Assembly (NCBI GenBank): GCA_003354045.1 | Contig: PIVZ01000001.1 | Span: 1-43,644 of the forward strand | Length of the DNA stretch: 43,644 nt | Direction: 5' to 3' | Origin: a bacterium | GTDB lineage: Bacteria > Desulfobacterota > Binatia > UBA1149 > CAITLU01 | Part shown: positions 43,327 through 43,644 of the stretch, one piece after another | Layout: each line of letters begins with the position of its first letter | Numbering within the stretch: position 1 is the stretch's first letter | Made by a program: the position numbers and the translations under genes | Notes under the pieces: model-generated | Database searches by the model: none | Told to the model about the DNA's origin: nothing | Seen by the model: the letters and a program-made list of their open reading frames with translations, nothing else

Positions 43327-43339
43327 CCGTGGCATCCTC

Positions 43340-43644
43340 CCGAGGGTGTTCACTCAACTGTGTCACACAAGTAACTCCAGTTTAATTCGGTCGCCGAAAT
43401 AGACGTGGAGTTGAGAGATGGCCAATGCCCAATTTTGAATGGGCATAGACCATTTTTTTTCAATGCGCCGTGAGGCACAGTAAATGAGTTTAAACAAAGC
43501 GTTTTCGGAAGTAAACGCCCCTTTGGATTTGGTAAATTTTCGAATTTGCCGATGGAAGCCCTCAATAGGGTTGGTCGTATAAATTAATCGTTGTATATCT
43601 TTGGAATATTTAAAATAAGTCGACAAGCGATCCCATTTGTTTTG
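43340..43644 (-). mobile_element. IS256-family insertion sequence, one end only (continues past the window)
   Basis: Abrupt switch to AT-rich sequence. Terminal sequence ...CACTCAACTGTGTCACACAAGT resembles IS256-type inverted repeats. Contains the transposase C-terminus. The boundary is accurate to about +/-10 nt. Confidence 0.7.
43363..43644 (-). CDS. IS256-family (Mutator-type) transposase, C-terminal fragment; N-terminus lies beyond the window
   Basis: YFKYSKDIQRLIYTTNPIEGFHRQIRKFTKSKGAFTSENALFKLIY...KKWSMPIQNW is the conserved IS256 transposase C-terminus. The frame stays open to nt 43644. Confidence 0.85.
   Translation of the reverse strand, partial: QNKWDRLSTYFKYSKDIQRLIYTTNPIEGFHRQIRKFTKSKGAFTSENALFKLIYCASRRIEKKWSMPIQNWALAISQLHVYFGDRIKLELLV

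Larger units (their letters stand above)
4179..43339 (+). mobile_element. Prophage (siphovirus-like, lambda-type head/tail modules) abutting the 3' end of tRNA-Arg; right end undefined, truncated or interrupted by an IS
   Basis: Uninterrupted phage gene order (replication, methylase, terminase, portal, protease, capsid, tail, tape measure, J-like) starts 580 bp after the tRNA. Neither attR nor an integrase is visible in the window. Confidence 0.8.

Noticed and set aside
43259-43340. Search for attR (a direct repeat of the tRNA-Arg 3' end) at the right edge of the phage block
   Set aside because: No match to the tRNA T-arm or acceptor sequence was seen here by eye, so no att site is called.

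Overview
This is a high-GC bacterial chromosome segment carrying a prophage. All calls come from reading the sequence and ORF track by eye; no database search was possible. nt 1-4178 are host genes: the 3' part of dnaA, a ferritin-like protein, a GT2 glycosyltransferase, an amidase-signature amidase and tRNA-Arg(CCT). From the tRNA 3' end to about nt 43340 lies a ~39-kb siphovirus-type prophage. Almost all of its genes are on the + strand and chained by ATGA/GTGA start-stop overlaps.

Prophage order:
- a 580-bp ORF-free, hairpin-dense leader
- an early/replication block: mini beta-clamp-like protein, lambda-O-like initiator with iterons inside the gene, Hjc-like nuclease, XRE-type HTH
- a nucleic-acid-modification block: DPPY methyltransferase, DUF968/HNH-like, NDT-like, three-Cys Gp37/Gp68 (DUF5131) and ASCH-like proteins
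- a lambda-type packaging and head module: TerS, GpA-type TerL, gpW, lambda-family portal, S49 protease-scaffold, decoration protein, Mu gpT-like capsid
- a tail module: tube protein, G/GT chaperones with a GGGAAAC -1 frameshift, tape measure, and M/L/K/J-like tip proteins
- a 1.25-kb lower-GC moron island wedged between the tape measure and tip genes, with a reverse-strand lipoprotein under its own near-consensus promoter
- a 1059-aa Cys/Asp-rich A-B-A-B-B' repeat protein, followed by two more proteins with signal peptides
- a cluster of small membrane proteins that looks like a lysis cassette

No integrase, repressor or endolysin is visible in the window. The window ends in an abruptly AT-rich IS256-family transposase fragment.

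Best candidates for something undescribed:
- the moron island (28012-29255)
- the secreted-looking Cys-rich repeat protein and its neighbours (36671-41614)
- a perfect 41-bp hairpin element present twice at late-operon junctions (16462 and 36605)
- a duplicated GGTS-motif domain cassette shared by the tail tube and J-like proteins
- the structured ORF-free region next to the tRNA (4179-4759)
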